This document shows, piece after piece, positions 7,233 through 17,919 of a stretch of 64,000 nucleotides of DNA. A program made the translations under genes and the position numbers. The stretch spans positions 44,949 to 108,948 of the forward strand of contig JAPLLX010000006.1 in NCBI GenBank assembly GCA_026387335.1, in the 5' to 3' direction. Source of the DNA: Candidatus Omnitrophota bacterium (GTDB lineage: Bacteria; Omnitrophota; Gorgyraeia; Gygaellales; Profunditerraquicolaceae). Every line of letters begins with the position of its first letter. Position 1 is the first letter of the stretch. The notes beneath the pieces were generated by a model. That model did no database searches and was not told where the DNA came from. It worked only from the letters and a program-made list of their open reading frames with translations.

Positions 7233-7261
7233 AGTCTATTACTATCTATTTTATTTGTCAA
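7233..7261 (-). promoter_or_regulatory. Sigma70-type promoter, probably leaderless transcript
   Basis: TTGACA-17 nt-TAGACT, 7 nt before ATG 7225. Confidence 0.65.
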
Positions 7262-7295
7262 GAACTTTTTTTTGCGCTTTGTATGGTTTGTCCAG

Positions 7296-7331
7296 AAAAA
7301 ATAAGGGCTGAACGATTAAGCCCAGCCCTTA
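7296..7331 (-). terminator. Intrinsic terminator
   Basis: TAAGGGCTG...CAGCCCTTA stem followed by T6 on the - strand. Confidence 0.7.
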
Positions 7332-7339
7332 AGGTAAAA

Positions 7340-7708
7340 CTAACTCTTAGTTTTCTCCTGATAAACCTCCAGCACTTCATTGGTATCTTTATCAATAAAT
7401 ACCCAGATATCCGGAAGCGGCTCTTTATAATCAAAAAGGACTATCTTGTAGTTCTTCAGGAAACCCCTGCGCATGATCCCGTGATTTGGCGATTGGTCCT
7501 CCCCTACTAAATAACCCGCCCTTTCATTCCAGAGTTTTCCGCCCTCGTCATAAATAACATCGACATCTTTAACGTCAAAATTATTCGCTTTCACCGCTTC
7601 GGTAGCTATAGCAATAACCTCGCTATTTGTTTTCTCCTGCGCGTAAAGCCAAGCTACGCCTAGAAATAAGCACATTACCATTAACGCCATTATTGTGAAT
7701 TTCTTCAT
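7340..7708 (-). CDS. Exported hypothetical protein
   Basis: MKKF signal peptide ending LYA; purine-rich SD. Confidence 0.7.
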   Translation of the reverse strand: MKKFTIMALMVMCLFLGVAWLYAQEKTNSEVIAIATEAVKANNFDVKDVDVIYDEGGKLWNERAGYLVGEDQSPNHGIMRRGFLKNYKIVLFDYKEPLPDIWVFIDKDTNEVLEVYQEKTKS

Positions 7709-7737
7709 CCCTTCCCCTTTCTAAATGCCAATTTTTC

Positions 7738-7902
7738 TTAACGTCCTTCGTTCTTACGCTTGGAATAACATTCTTTACAGTATATCGGACGGTCTTCTCT
7801 GGGTTTAAAAGGTACTTCGCACTCTTTTTTACATTCTGAACAAATCGCCTTGTGCATCTCTCTTGGTCCACCGAATCCACCGCCGCCGCCTTGATACGCC
7901 AT
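7738..7902 (-). CDS. CxxC-x17-CxxC zinc-ribbon domain protein
   Basis: MAYQGGGGGFGGPREMHKAICSECKKECEVPFKPREDRPIYCKECYSKRKNEGR; SD AGGAGG; missed by the ORF track. Confidence 0.9.
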   Translation of the reverse strand: MAYQGGGGGFGGPREMHKAICSECKKECEVPFKPREDRPIYCKECYSKRKNEGR

Positions 7903-7944
7903 GTTTCCTCCTTTTTTATCCAGCCTTACTTATGCTGGTTCCGG

Positions 7945-10900
7945 TTATTTTTTTATATGGTATTCCTGTAATGACTTAAGACAAATATCGCTTCCCTGCA
8001 TTGCCTCAATCGCTTCCACGCTGGCCCGGGCAGCGGCCATAGTGGTAATATAGGGCAATTTATGCTGAATAGCCATTATCCGGATATAGCTGTCATCAAA
8101 CTTGCTGGCCCGGCCAACAGGAGTATTTAAAATTAAATTAACCTCCTTATTTTTAATCGCATCGGCGATATTGGGCCTACCCTCATGCAGCTTTTTAATA
8201 GGAGAGCTCTCTATGCCTTTGCCTTTAAGAAACGCGCCGGTGTTTTCAGTGGCAAAAATAGAAAACCCTAATTTTTTAAGCCGGCGGGCAATATCCACTA
8301 CCTCTTCTTTATCTTTATCATTCACCGTCAGTAATACACTTCCGGAAAGCGGCAGCTTTAAGCCGGCTGCTTCCTGGGCCTTATAAAAGGCCAGGCCAAA
8401 GGTATCGGCAATCCCCATTACCTCTCCGGTGGCTTTCATCTCCGGCCCTAAAACCGGGTCAACTTCCGGAAACATATTAAACGGAAAGACCGCTTCCTTT
8501 ACCCCAAACCAGGCAAGTTTGCGTTTTTCATCTAATTCCGGAAAATCCTTTAATTTTTTCCCCAGCATTAATTGGGTGGCGATACGCGCGATGAGGACCC
8601 CGGTGACTTTTGAGACAACCGGAACAGTGCGGGAAGCGCGCGGGTTTGCCTCTAAAATATAAACCTTATCATTGCAAATCGCGTATTGAATATTCATTAA
8701 ACCCACGACTTTCAAAGTAGTAGCGATTTTATGGGTATACTTCCGGATAGTTTCTAAATGCTCCGGTTTAATCGAGCGGGATGGAATCGCGCAGGCGGAA
8801 TCTCCGGAATGAATCCCTGCGTATTCAATATGCTCCATAATTGCGGCGACAAATGTATCATTGCCGTCCGAGAGCGCGTCTACTTCAGTTTCCAGCGCGT
8901 TATCCAGGAAGCGGTCAATAAGCATCGGGAATTCGGGACGCACCTGTATTGCTTCCAGCGCGCATTTACGCAGCATAGCCTCATCGTAAATGATCTCCAT
9001 TCCCCTGCCGCCTAAAACAAAAGAAGGCCGCACCATTAAGGGATAGCCTATTGCGTTAGCGATCTTAACTGCCTCATCCAGCGAACGGGCAGTCCCGCTC
9101 TCCGGTTGGGGAATATCTAACTCGATCATTTTCTGCCTGAAGAGTTCGCGGTCCTCGGCAAAAGCGATACTTTCAGGAGTCGTCCCTAAAATCTTTACCC
9201 CGCATTCTTTTAACTCCTGGGCAATGTTTAAGGGAGTCTGGCCGCCAAACTGCACAATCACACCAGCGGGCTTTTCCTTTTCATAAATTGCTAAAACATC
9301 TTCAATGGTGAGCGGCTCAAAATAAAGTTTATTGGAAGTATCGTAATCGGTAGAGACTGTTTCCGGATTACAATTAACCATTATTGACTCCAAACCAGCG
9401 TCGCGCAGCGCGAAAGCCGCGTGCACGCAGGTATAATCAAATTCAATACCCTGGCCGATACGGTTAGGCCCGCCGCCTAAAATCATAATCTTCTTACGGC
9501 TGGATACCGGAACTTCGTCCTTTCCCGGGCTGTAAGTAGAATAATAATATTTGGCATCTTCTACCCCGCTCACCGGGACTGCCTCAAACCTGGCGATTTT
9601 ACCCAGCTTAACCCTGCGCAGCCTAACCTCTGATTCCTTTACGCTGAAAAGTTTGGCCATATATTTATCCGCAAAACCCCATTCCTTGGCTTTGAGCAAC
9701 TGGGCATCGGGTAATTTATTCCAGGTATAGGTTAAAAGTTTTTCTTCAAAATCCACTAACTCTTTTATCTCATTTATGAACCACTCGCCGATATACGTCA
9801 TCTCATACAATTCATTAACGCCCATTCCTTTACGCAAGGCTTCATACATAAGAAAAATCCGTTCACTGGACGGCATGCTCAAGCGCTGTTTTAACTCATC
9901 GAGAGATAATTCTTTGAAATTTTTTGCTCCTCCTACGCCATACCTGCCGATTTCCAGCGAACGTATGGACTTCTGGAAGGCCTCCTTAAAAGTTTTACCT
10001 ATACTCATCACTTCGCCGACTGCTTTCATTTGGGTCCCTAAAATATCTTTTGCCTTGGGGAATTTTTCAAATGCCCAACGGGCGAATTTAATTACCACAT
10101 AGTCACCGCTAGGGGTATATTTTTCCAGGGTCCCATCCCTCCAGTAAGGGATTTCATCCAACGTAAGGCCTGCGGCAAGTTTTGTTGACACAGAAGCAAT
10201 CGGAAAACCGGTTGCCTTTGAGGCCAATGCCGATGAACGCGAGGTGCGCGGGTTAATTTCAATTACAACCAAACGATCATCTTTTTTATTATGCGCAAAC
10301 TGGATATTGGTTCCGCCAACTACTCCAATCGCGTCAACAATCTTATAGGATAACTCCTGCATCCTAATCTGCAACTCCTGCGGGACAGTAAGCATAGGCG
10401 CAACGCAGAAACTGTCTCCGGTATGTACACCCATCGCGTCTATGTTCTCAATAAAACAAACAGTGATCTTCTGGTTTTTATTATCCCGCACTACCTCAAG
10501 CTCAAGTTCCTCCCATCCGATTACCGCCTCTTCCACTAAAATCTGATGGACTAAACTCATATTTAACCCGCGCTGGGCAATCACTCTTAATTCTTCAACA
10601 TTGTAGACTATCCCGCCGCCGGTCCCGCCTAATGTATATGCCGGCCGGATTACTACCGGATAGCCTAATTTTGAGGCAATGACTTCAGCTTCTTCTACAC
10701 AAAGAGCAATCTCTGATTGCGGAACAGGAATACCTAATTGTTTCATAGTTTGCTTAAAGACTTCCCGGTCCTCTCCGCGCTCAATCGCGTCAGCTTTGAC
10801 TCCGATTACTTCCACTCCGTATTTTTTCAAAACCCCGGATTTAAAAAGGCTGGAAGCCAGGTTCAGGCCGGTCTGACCGCCTAAATTCGGAAGTAAGGCG

Positions 10901-11151
10901 TCGGGTTTTTCTTTCGCGATTATCTTTTCCAGGCTTTCCGGAGTAAGCGGCTCAATATAGGTCCTGTCCGCCATTTCCGGGTCAGTCATAATCGTGGCCG
11001 GATTAGAATTAACTAAGACAATTTCATAACCTTCTTTCCTAAGCGCCTTACAGGCTTGCGTGCCGGAATAATCAAACTCGCAGGCCTGGCCGATAATAAT
11101 CGGGCCCGATCCAATAATTAATACTTTTTTAATATCTGAACGCCGGGGCAT
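7945..11151 (-). CDS. carB: Carbamoyl-phosphate synthase large subunit
   Basis: MPRRSDIKKVLIIGSGPIIIGQACEFDYSG, duplicated ATP-grasp, C-terminal MGS domain; SD GGAGGAG before ATG 11151. Confidence 0.97.
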   Translation of the reverse strand: MPRRSDIKKVLIIGSGPIIIGQACEFDYSGTQACKALRKEGYEIVLVNSNPATIMTDPEMADRTYIEPLTPESLEKIIAKEKPDALLPNLGGQTGLNLASSLFKSGVLKKYGVEVIGVKADAIERGEDREVFKQTMKQLGIPVPQSEIALCVEEAEVIASKLGYPVVIRPAYTLGGTGGGIVYNVEELRVIAQRGLNMSLVHQILVEEAVIGWEELELEVVRDNKNQKITVCFIENIDAMGVHTGDSFCVAPMLTVPQELQIRMQELSYKIVDAIGVVGGTNIQFAHNKKDDRLVVIEINPRTSRSSALASKATGFPIASVSTKLAAGLTLDEIPYWRDGTLEKYTPSGDYVVIKFARWAFEKFPKAKDILGTQMKAVGEVMSIGKTFKEAFQKSIRSLEIGRYGVGGAKNFKELSLDELKQRLSMPSSERIFLMYEALRKGMGVNELYEMTYIGEWFINEIKELVDFEEKLLTYTWNKLPDAQLLKAKEWGFADKYMAKLFSVKESEVRLRRVKLGKIARFEAVPVSGVEDAKYYYSTYSPGKDEVPVSSRKKIMILGGGPNRIGQGIEFDYTCVHAAFALRDAGLESIMVNCNPETVSTDYDTSNKLYFEPLTIEDVLAIYEKEKPAGVIVQFGGQTPLNIAQELKECGVKILGTTPESIAFAEDRELFRQKMIELDIPQPESGTARSLDEAVKIANAIGYPLMVRPSFVLGGRGMEIIYDEAMLRKCALEAIQVRPEFPMLIDRFLDNALETEVDALSDGNDTFVAAIMEHIEYAGIHSGDSACAIPSRSIKPEHLETIRKYTHKIATTLKVVGLMNIQYAICNDKVYILEANPRASRTVPVVSKVTGVLIARIATQLMLGKKLKDFPELDEKRKLAWFGVKEAVFPFNMFPEVDPVLGPEMKATGEVMGIADTFGLAFYKAQEAAGLKLPLSGSVLLTVNDKDKEEVVDIARRLKKLGFSIFATENTGAFLKGKGIESSPIKKLHEGRPNIADAIKNKEVNLILNTPVGRASKFDDSYIRIMAIQHKLPYITTMAAARASVEAIEAMQGSDICLKSLQEYHIKK

Positions 11152-11164
11152 AACTCCTCCTTGC

Positions 11165-11287
11165 GCAGAAGCGCATCCACCTCGCCCGATTGGAGTGGCG
11201 AGTGTATGCTTTCTGCATAACCGGCCTATTGCCGCACTGGGCGGCACACCCGCCATTCCGATATGGCGGGGTGCTAGATAAGGCCGG
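11165..11287. other. Highly structured GC-rich intergenic segment upstream of carB
   Basis: Stems GCAGAA/TTCTGC, CTCGCC/GGCGAG, CCGGCCT/AGGCCGG, GCCGC/GCGGC, CCCGCCAT/ATGGCGGG. Confidence 0.6.
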
Positions 11288-11292
11288 GTGTA

Positions 11293-11787
11293 TTAACGAT
11301 AATTACCAAAACTAAGCGGAATGGAAAAATCTAATCCTCTTAGGTGAACGATGACTGCCTGTAATTCATCTTTTTTAGCGGAACTGACCTTTATCTTCTC
11401 TCCTTCTATTTGAGTCTGCACTTTTAAACCTAACCCTTTTATAATGCCGGCCAATTCTTTGGCCTTTTCTTTTTCAATACCCATACAAATTTGAACTGTC
11501 TGGCGCAGATAACCTTCAAAGGCCTTTTCCGGATCATTAAATTTAAGGGACTTAAGAGAAACTCCTCTTTTAGCCAGCCGCGTAGCCAGCATATCAGTAA
11601 GGGCGCGCAGCTTAAATTCATCATCCGCGACTAAAGTAATTTTCTCTTCTTTACGATCAAAAACAATGGAAGCCTTGCTATCTTTAAAATCATAGCGTTG
11701 AGCCAGTTCCTTACACGCTTGATTTACCGCGTTATCCACTTCCTGTAAATCAACTTCCGAAACAATATCAAATGAAAAATTTGCCAT
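11293..11787 (-). CDS. yajQ: YajQ family nucleotide (c-di-GMP)-binding protein
   Basis: SFDIVSEVDLQEVDNAVNQA..E...RYDFK; C-terminal F.NYR. Confidence 0.95.
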   Translation of the reverse strand: MANFSFDIVSEVDLQEVDNAVNQACKELAQRYDFKDSKASIVFDRKEEKITLVADDEFKLRALTDMLATRLAKRGVSLKSLKFNDPEKAFEGYLRQTVQICMGIEKEKAKELAGIIKGLGLKVQTQIEGEKIKVSSAKKDELQAVIVHLRGLDFSIPLSFGNYR

Positions 11788-11806
11788 ATCTATTTCTCCT
11801 TAAGCC

Positions 11807-12874
11807 TTACAACTCTATGAGTTCGTAATCCAGGCTGCCTAAGCCGATGCTTTGAGCGTATTCCAGTTGCTTAATTCCATCCTGGTCAGGATGCGTAGCT
11901 TTAAAGATATCTTTGCCGCTTGCCTTATTCACTAAATCTAAACTGGCCTTATCAATGCTTACCGGGTCAAGTGCAGCAAGTATTCCGACATCCGGCGCTA
12001 TCCGCGGGTTATCCGCGCCCCAACAGTCGCACTCTTTATTTATTTTAAGCGCAAAATTTATAAAAGCTGACCGGTTCTTCTTATCTTTAAGCACCGCTAA
12101 GCTATATTCAGCCATCTTACTCTGGGTCTTATCCCCTGCCGCAAAGTCTATAAACATCGCCATAGTCGGACAAACTGCCATACAGCTGGCGCAACCAATA
12201 CATTTTGTTTTATCTATTACGGACTTCTTTTTTTCAATGCGAATCGCCTTTACCGGGCATATTCTGGCGCATTCAGCGCAGCCAATACATTTATCTAAAT
12301 GGACAACCGGAGAAACATCGCAATGCTGGGCAAGCTTGCCATCTCTAGTGGCACAACCCATACCGATATTCTTTATTGCCCCTCCAAAGCCGGTCAGTAT
12401 ATGGCCCTTAAAATGGCTGACTGCGACAAGCGCATCCGCGTCGATAAAAATACGGGCGACTTTAGCAGTTTTAATAAATTCTTGGTTAATCGGTATCTCA
12501 ATTTTATCGGCTACGCTATTATCGTCAGGGATAATAAGCTCAACCCCTACCGCTTCTCTGGTAAAACCGTGCTCGTAAGCAACTGCCAAGTGGTCTTTAG
12601 AATTCAGGCGCCGGCCGCGATAAAGCGTGTTGGCGTCTGATAAAAACGCTTTTCCGCCCCGGCTAGCGATAGCCTCGCAGATTACGGCCGCATGAGCGGG
12701 ATTTACAAAGCCGGTATTGCCTTCTTCGCCGAAATGGATCTTTACCGCAACTTTATATTCTTCCTGAATAAAATCAAATAGCGAGCTTTCTTTAAGCAGC
12801 CGCTTGATCTTTGCGTTGATAACGTAAATGTTATCTGCCGGGCCTACCGGGATAAAATATACTTTGCTTGCCAT
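11807..12874 (-). CDS. DUF362 protein with 2x[4Fe-4S] ferredoxin domain
   Basis: [32 protein letters not shown]...CP and CIGCASC...CP; start MASKVYF. Confidence 0.88.
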   Translation of the reverse strand: MASKVYFIPVGPADNIYVINAKIKRLLKESSLFDFIQEEYKVAVKIHFGEEGNTGFVNPAHAAVICEAIASRGGKAFLSDANTLYRGRRLNSKDHLAVAYEHGFTREAVGVELIIPDDNSVADKIEIPINQEFIKTAKVARIFIDADALVAVSHFKGHILTGFGGAIKNIGMGCATRDGKLAQHCDVSPVVHLDKCIGCAECARICPVKAIRIEKKKSVIDKTKCIGCASCMAVCPTMAMFIDFAAGDKTQSKMAEYSLAVLKDKKNRSAFINFALKINKECDCWGADNPRIAPDVGILAALDPVSIDKASLDLVNKASGKDIFKATHPDQDGIKQLEYAQSIGLGSLDYELIEL

Positions 12875-14628
12875 AAGAGAAAGATACTCCTGAGAGATCC
12901 CAAGAATACGATTACGACCAAAGAAATCATCACCCCGCAAAGACCGGCATTTAAGTTGCCTTGCAAATTATGTTTAGGCAAATAATTACCGGTAATACTT
13001 AAGACGCCGGCAACCACTGTTGTGGCAAACATAAAGAGCGCCGGAATAAAAGTAACCAGGGAATAGCTCCACTTTTTAGTATGCCTGAGGATAAATAAGG
13101 TCCCGATGAGCAAGGCCAGAGTTGCCAAAAGCTGATTAGCCACTCCAAACATCGGCCAGATAGTGGAGATTTCCCCATTATACACCATATACCCCCAGAA
13201 AGTAGTGATAATCCCGGCGGTAAGCATAATCCCCCATAAAGATTTAGTTATTTTTTGCCTGGGACTGCCTAATTTTACCAGTTCTTCCAGGATATAGCGG
13301 GCTACGCGCGTACCGGTATCCACTGTAGTCAAGATAAAAAGCGCCTCAAACATAATCGCGAAATGATACCAATAACCCATAAGCGCCTTCATCCCGGGGA
13401 TAGCGGATAAAATTACCGACATTCCGGCTGCTAGAGAGACCGCCCCTCCGGTTCTTCCGGCTAATACCTCCCCGGTCATCTTTTCTATCTCCGCCAGATG
13501 AGTAACGCTTAGCCCTAATTTCTGAAAGACATCTACCGGCACATTGATCGCAAAATAATCACCCGGCAAAAGCACGGTCGCCGCGATTAAAGCCATAATA
13601 GAAACTACTGCCTCCACCAGCATCGCGCCAAATCCGATCATCCGGATATCTGACTCTTTATTGATCATTTTAGGAGTAGTCCCGGAACTTATCAGGCTAT
13701 GAAATCCGCTGATCGCGCCGCAGGCAATGGTAATACAGACAAACGGCCAGACCTTTCCCGGGATGATCGGCCCGCCTCCGTGAATAAAACTCGTTACTGC
13801 CGGCATATTTAAGCGCGGATTAACCACAAATATCCCCACTACCAAAAGTAAAATAGTCCCTATCTTCATATATGAACTCATATAATCGCGCGGGCACAAT
13901 AAAAGCCATACCGGAAGAACCGAAGCGATAAATCCGTAAATAGGAAGAATTATGGAAAGCTGGGGTTTAGAAAATAAAAAATAGTGGCCGAATGCGGATT
14001 TAGAAAATGGTTCGCCCAAAACTACACCGGCAGTGACTATTAGAACTCCGATTAAAGATGCTTCAAATATTTTACCCGGCCGCAGCTTATACATATACAA
14101 AGCGACAATTAAAGCTGCCGGAATTGTAATAGCGATAGTAAATGTCGCCCAGGAACTCTCGCTAAGCGCGTTAACCACAACTAGGGCCAACCCGGCTAAA
14201 GCGGTAATAATAATAAAGAGAACAGCAAAACCTGTAGCTAGCCCCGCTGTTTTACCGATATTCTTACGCGCAAGACGGGTAAGCGAAAGCCCTTTTGTCC
14301 TTACCGAAGCAAAAAGGATGACTGTATCGTGCACAGCGCCGCCTAAAACCGCTCCGATAAGAATCCATAAAAAACCGGGCAGATATCCAAACTGCGCGGC
14401 TAAGACCGGGCCGACTAAAGGCCCGGCTCCGGAAATCGCGGCAAAGTGGTGTCCAAAAAGCACAAATTTATTGGTAGGATGATAATCCCGGCCATCCTTA
14501 TAGGTATGGCCGGGCGTAGGACGTTTATCGTTAAGTACAAGAATCTTAGTTATGATAAACTTGGCGTAAAAGCGGTAGGCCAGGGCAAATACCAGCAGGC
14601 TGACTATTACTAAGGTTAAGGCGTGCAT
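12844..14628 (-). CDS. cstA: Carbon starvation protein A (peptide/pyruvate transporter)
   Basis: [33 protein letters not shown]. Confidence 0.95.
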   Translation of the reverse strand: MHALTLVIVSLLVFALAYRFYAKFIITKILVLNDKRPTPGHTYKDGRDYHPTNKFVLFGHHFAAISGAGPLVGPVLAAQFGYLPGFLWILIGAVLGGAVHDTVILFASVRTKGLSLTRLARKNIGKTAGLATGFAVLFIIITALAGLALVVVNALSESSWATFTIAITIPAALIVALYMYKLRPGKIFEASLIGVLIVTAGVVLGEPFSKSAFGHYFLFSKPQLSIILPIYGFIASVLPVWLLLCPRDYMSSYMKIGTILLLVVGIFVVNPRLNMPAVTSFIHGGGPIIPGKVWPFVCITIACGAISGFHSLISSGTTPKMINKESDIRMIGFGAMLVEAVVSIMALIAATVLLPGDYFAINVPVDVFQKLGLSVTHLAEIEKMTGEVLAGRTGGAVSLAAGMSVILSAIPGMKALMGYWYHFAIMFEALFILTTVDTGTRVARYILEELVKLGSPRQKITKSLWGIMLTAGIITTFWGYMVYNGEISTIWPMFGVANQLLATLALLIGTLFILRHTKKWSYSLVTFIPALFMFATTVVAGVLSITGNYLPKHNLQGNLNAGLCGVMISLVVIVFLGSLRSIFLLWQAKYILSR

Positions 14629-14637
14629 TTATGTTGA

Positions 14638-15417
14638 TTAATCCAATATTATCTCTTGAAATGGCCCAGGGGAGACTGCAACAGAACCTGTAAAAGGATA
14701 ATCCATTGACATAATAGCGAATAAAATTAAGGCTATGGTTGCCGAAAGTAAAACCCCCATGATGATTTGGGCCTTAAGATTCTCCACCCCAAACAAGAAT
14801 GTAAAAGAAATAGTAGCTACAGCCCCTGCTACTAAAACAAACCACAATAAAGGCTGCATTCCGCTCCTGGAATCCATCAAGCGCAACCTCCTAAGCTCCC
14901 TAAAGGAATTTAACTTACGCACTGATTCATCAAAGAATGATTGCTCGGTCGAGTTTTTGGGCGCGTAAGTCGTATATAATTCCCAGACTTGTTTCATTAA
15001 TTTCTCTACTTCCGGGCTCATCTGGCCCCTGGACATAGTCTTCCATTCATATTTAATCACCGCATCCCTATATTCCTGTAATAAAACGCTTACCTTGGCC
15101 CTAAAATCAGGCGAGAGGCCTTCGGCATCCCGGTAAATATCAGCCAGCGAATTTGCTTCCTGCTGCACGTTAGAATTTGATTTATCAAAACTCACCCAGA
15201 CAGTAACCACGACAAACGCCAAAAGCACCGAATAAATCGCGCCCATTACCCCAAGAAGCGGATCCGCGACATCATGATGTAATTTTAATTTATGGTGGGG
15301 AATTAGACGGCGCGTAATTAACACCCCAACCACGGTCAAAAGCACAGCCCCTCCTACCACCAGAAAACCTAAAACAAAAAAAGGGACTTCTACTAACAAC
15401 CTTTGCATTATGGGCAT
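14638..15417 (-). CDS. DUF4239-like membrane protein
   Basis: GAIYSVLLAFVV...EA..L...R..RL...MDYPFTGSV. Confidence 0.75.
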   Translation of the reverse strand: MPIMQRLLVEVPFFVLGFLVVGGAVLLTVVGVLITRRLIPHHKLKLHHDVADPLLGVMGAIYSVLLAFVVVTVWVSFDKSNSNVQQEANSLADIYRDAEGLSPDFRAKVSVLLQEYRDAVIKYEWKTMSRGQMSPEVEKLMKQVWELYTTYAPKNSTEQSFFDESVRKLNSFRELRRLRLMDSRSGMQPLLWFVLVAGAVATISFTFLFGVENLKAQIIMGVLLSATIALILFAIMSMDYPFTGSVAVSPGPFQEIILD

Positions 15418-15441
15418 TTATTTCTCCTGGATTAAAAAACC

Positions 15442-15948
15442 TTATCTAGATTTATCTAAATCTATTATCCGGGTGTTCCCGAATATTGTTTTAGTGACCG
15501 GCTTGGAAAGATTACTTAACTTATCGGTGACTTCGCTGATACGCTCAAAATTACCCTTAATGGCAGTCAACCTATCCCGCATCTCCTGCGGAAGTTCCAG
15601 TTTCTTGGCTTCATCCTCAATCAACTGAAAGTTGCCTCTTATAACCAATAGCGGATTGCTTATCTCATCCCCCAAAGCCAGGGTAGTCTCGGTTATGGCG
15701 GCCAGCCTGTTCTTTTCAATCAATTCGGTGATCAAAGACATGAGCATCTTCCTGCCCACAACTATGCCTAAGATAAAAACTACTACCGTAAAGAACATAA
15801 CGTAACCTATTTCTCCCACAAAAACCTTAAAAGAAGAAATCTTGGTCGCTAATAAATAGACAAAAACCAGAAAGGGGATAATTCCGATAAGAGATATTGT
15901 CATATTGAAATTACGTCTTTCTTTTAGAATAAGCTCTTTAATAGTCAT
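15442..15948 (-). CDS. Two-TM protein with degenerate HisKA-like helix pair, no ATPase domain
   Basis: LALGDEISNPLLVIRGN resembles the H-box (HEINNPL) with His replaced by Asp. Confidence 0.6.
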   Translation of the reverse strand: MTIKELILKERRNFNMTISLIGIIPFLVFVYLLATKISSFKVFVGEIGYVMFFTVVVFILGIVVGRKMLMSLITELIEKNRLAAITETTLALGDEISNPLLVIRGNFQLIEDEAKKLELPQEMRDRLTAIKGNFERISEVTDKLSNLSKPVTKTIFGNTRIIDLDKSR

Positions 15949-16438
15949 TATTTCCTCTCCGCCTGTTTATAGACAGGCTATTTTTAAGTATGATCAATAA
16001 AACAACATAAGAAATTGCCGCCAGCAATAAAGAAATAACCAAATACCCGGTTACAACCGGTAGGGCTATCTTTAAAATTGAGGCGCTAAAGAAGTTTTGC
16101 CAATGCCAATTGCTTATAACCAGAGCCCAATCAGACTTTAGGCTTGGCCAACTTACATTAAATATAGCAGAACCGGTTTTAATTGCCAAGAGAAAAGTTA
16201 CCAAACTTAGCCAGGTATTGGTAAGCAGGCTTGAGGCTAAGGCGCTGGCGCGGTTGGCCCTGAATACAAATGCCAGAAACAAAGCTGCCAATGGCCCTGT
16301 CCCGGGTAAAATACCGGCAAAAACACCTAAGCCAAAGCCAAAAGCTATCCTTTGAGGTGTATCGTTAATCTTAAAAAGCTTCTCGTATAAGAAATCTTTT
16401 ATTTTTAGAAATACGCTTTTAGCCTTCTCTTTATCCAT
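15938..16438 (-). CDS. DUF2062 membrane protein
   Basis: TPQRIAFGFGLGVFAGILP..G...N. Confidence 0.85.
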   Translation of the reverse strand: MDKEKAKSVFLKIKDFLYEKLFKINDTPQRIAFGFGLGVFAGILPGTGPLAALFLAFVFRANRASALASSLLTNTWLSLVTFLLAIKTGSAIFNVSWPSLKSDWALVISNWHWQNFFSASILKIALPVVTGYLVISLLLAAISYVVLLIILKNSLSINRRRGNNDY

Positions 16439-17417
16439 CTTTTAATACTGATTTTATATTTACTCCGGCAAACCTTTCTGAGGCCAATGATTCCTGGACC
16501 CAGCCGTTGTGTAAATTATACTTATCCATAATCTCTTTAGCCTGTGTATATTCCTTAAGTTTCAGCCGCCGGCTGATTTCTTTAAACTCTTGGGCCCTAT
16601 GATACGGCAGATACTGGCTCATCAGGCTTATGTAAGTATCCGTAGATAGCTCTTGAGCAATAAACTGCATAATTTTTTCTGTCCCGGAAATATTATTAGG
16701 CAAAACCAGGTGCCTGATGATTATCCCGCGTTCCATTATTCCGTTTTCATCCAGTTGAGCGTTTCCCACCTGCCTGAACATCTCCTTTAAGGCCTGACGG
16801 TTATATTCCGGATAACCCTCGGCTAGAGAAAACTTAACCGCGCAAGGCTCATCGGCATAACGCATATCCGGTAAATATATATCTATAATACCGTCGAGTA
16901 ACTGGATGATTTCAGGCAATTCATAACCGCTGGTATTATAAACCAGCGGGATGTTTAGCCCCAAAGTAATAGCTATTTTTAAACTTTTAAGGATCTGCGG
17001 CAATACATGCGTAGGAGTGACTAAATTGATGTTATGGCACTCCCGAGACTGTAATTCCAGCATATAACCGGCTAAATCCTGAAACTCAACTTCTCTTCCC
17101 CTGCCCATCTGGCTGAATTCATAATTCTGGCAGTAAACACATCCCATATTGCAATTTGAAAAGAAGATCGTGCCTGAACCTTTCACTCCTGAAATGGCTG
17201 GCTCCTCTCCTCTATGCGCCATATAGCTATAAACCTTGGGCTTGCATCCGGTTTTACAAAAACCCCGTTCACCCTTGAGCCGGTTGACTTTACATTTACG
17301 CGGGCAAATAACGCAAGCCTTAAGCATCTCTTCCAGCTTCTTAATGGCCGCATCAAGTTTGCCGTTTTGAAAAGACTCTAAATAAACCGGTCTAACGCTT
17401 TTTTGTTTGTTCGGCAT
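16431..17417 (-). CDS. Radical SAM protein, PflX-like
   Basis: CVICPRKCKVNR, GSGTIFFSNCNMGCVYCQN, RHLVLP. Confidence 0.9.
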   Translation of the reverse strand: MPNKQKSVRPVYLESFQNGKLDAAIKKLEEMLKACVICPRKCKVNRLKGERGFCKTGCKPKVYSYMAHRGEEPAISGVKGSGTIFFSNCNMGCVYCQNYEFSQMGRGREVEFQDLAGYMLELQSRECHNINLVTPTHVLPQILKSLKIAITLGLNIPLVYNTSGYELPEIIQLLDGIIDIYLPDMRYADEPCAVKFSLAEGYPEYNRQALKEMFRQVGNAQLDENGIMERGIIIRHLVLPNNISGTEKIMQFIAQELSTDTYISLMSQYLPYHRAQEFKEISRRLKLKEYTQAKEIMDKYNLHNGWVQESLASERFAGVNIKSVLKDG

Positions 17418-17919
17418 ACATTTCTCTGATCTGATTGAAAATATCTATGTACTCACTGGTCCGAAAATCAGGGTAGGTCCACTGCCAACTTTGAAAGCTT
17501 TTACCCTGGTAAAACAAAGTAGTCTCCGCGTATATTCCTTTATCCAGATATATGCGGTGCACGTAATCCTTAGTTGAAGCTAAAACAAGTTTGGCTAAAT
17601 CCAGGTATCCCGGGTCAATATTGACCCGGCGCTTATTTTGGGAAGATAGTTTTCTTTCGATATTATTGGTGAGGATCTTTATTCCCGCGATTTGCTCAAG
17701 GCGGATGAGTTTACGAAAGCTTAAAAATATCCTGGATAGGCCATCCCCGAATTCTTCCCTGTAATAATCTGTCCGGTTAAACGGGAGCTCTGGGCTTACA
17801 AAATCAATTTTGCCAAAACGCCGGACAAGGAGTAATTTCGCTTGATTAAATGCCTGAATATCTTTGAAGATAAAACCGATGACCAGCTTAACCGGATTAT
17901 GAGGAGTTATTTTCCCCAT
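17392..17919 (-). CDS. DUF4416 family protein
   Basis: TDYY.EEFG, RRVNIDPGY, LASTKDY.HRIYL, WTYPD. Confidence 0.85.
   Translation of the reverse strand: MGKITPHNPVKLVIGFIFKDIQAFNQAKLLLVRRFGKIDFVSPELPFNRTDYYREEFGDGLSRIFLSFRKLIRLEQIAGIKILTNNIERKLSSQNKRRVNIDPGYLDLAKLVLASTKDYVHRIYLDKGIYAETTLFYQGKSFQSWQWTYPDFRTSEYIDIFNQIREMYAEQTKKR

Noticed and set aside
7623-7880. 85-aa ORF from the track
   Set aside because: Wrong frame; the real gene is the CxxC-x17-CxxC protein at 7738-7902 with a clear SD.
11152-11256. N-terminal extension of CarB (similar extensions on DinB, AroB, BtuB, BtuF, PilT and the LysM protein)
   Set aside because: Longest-ORF artefacts that run through hairpins, riboswitches or the tRNA; conserved N-termini and SDs point to downstream starts.
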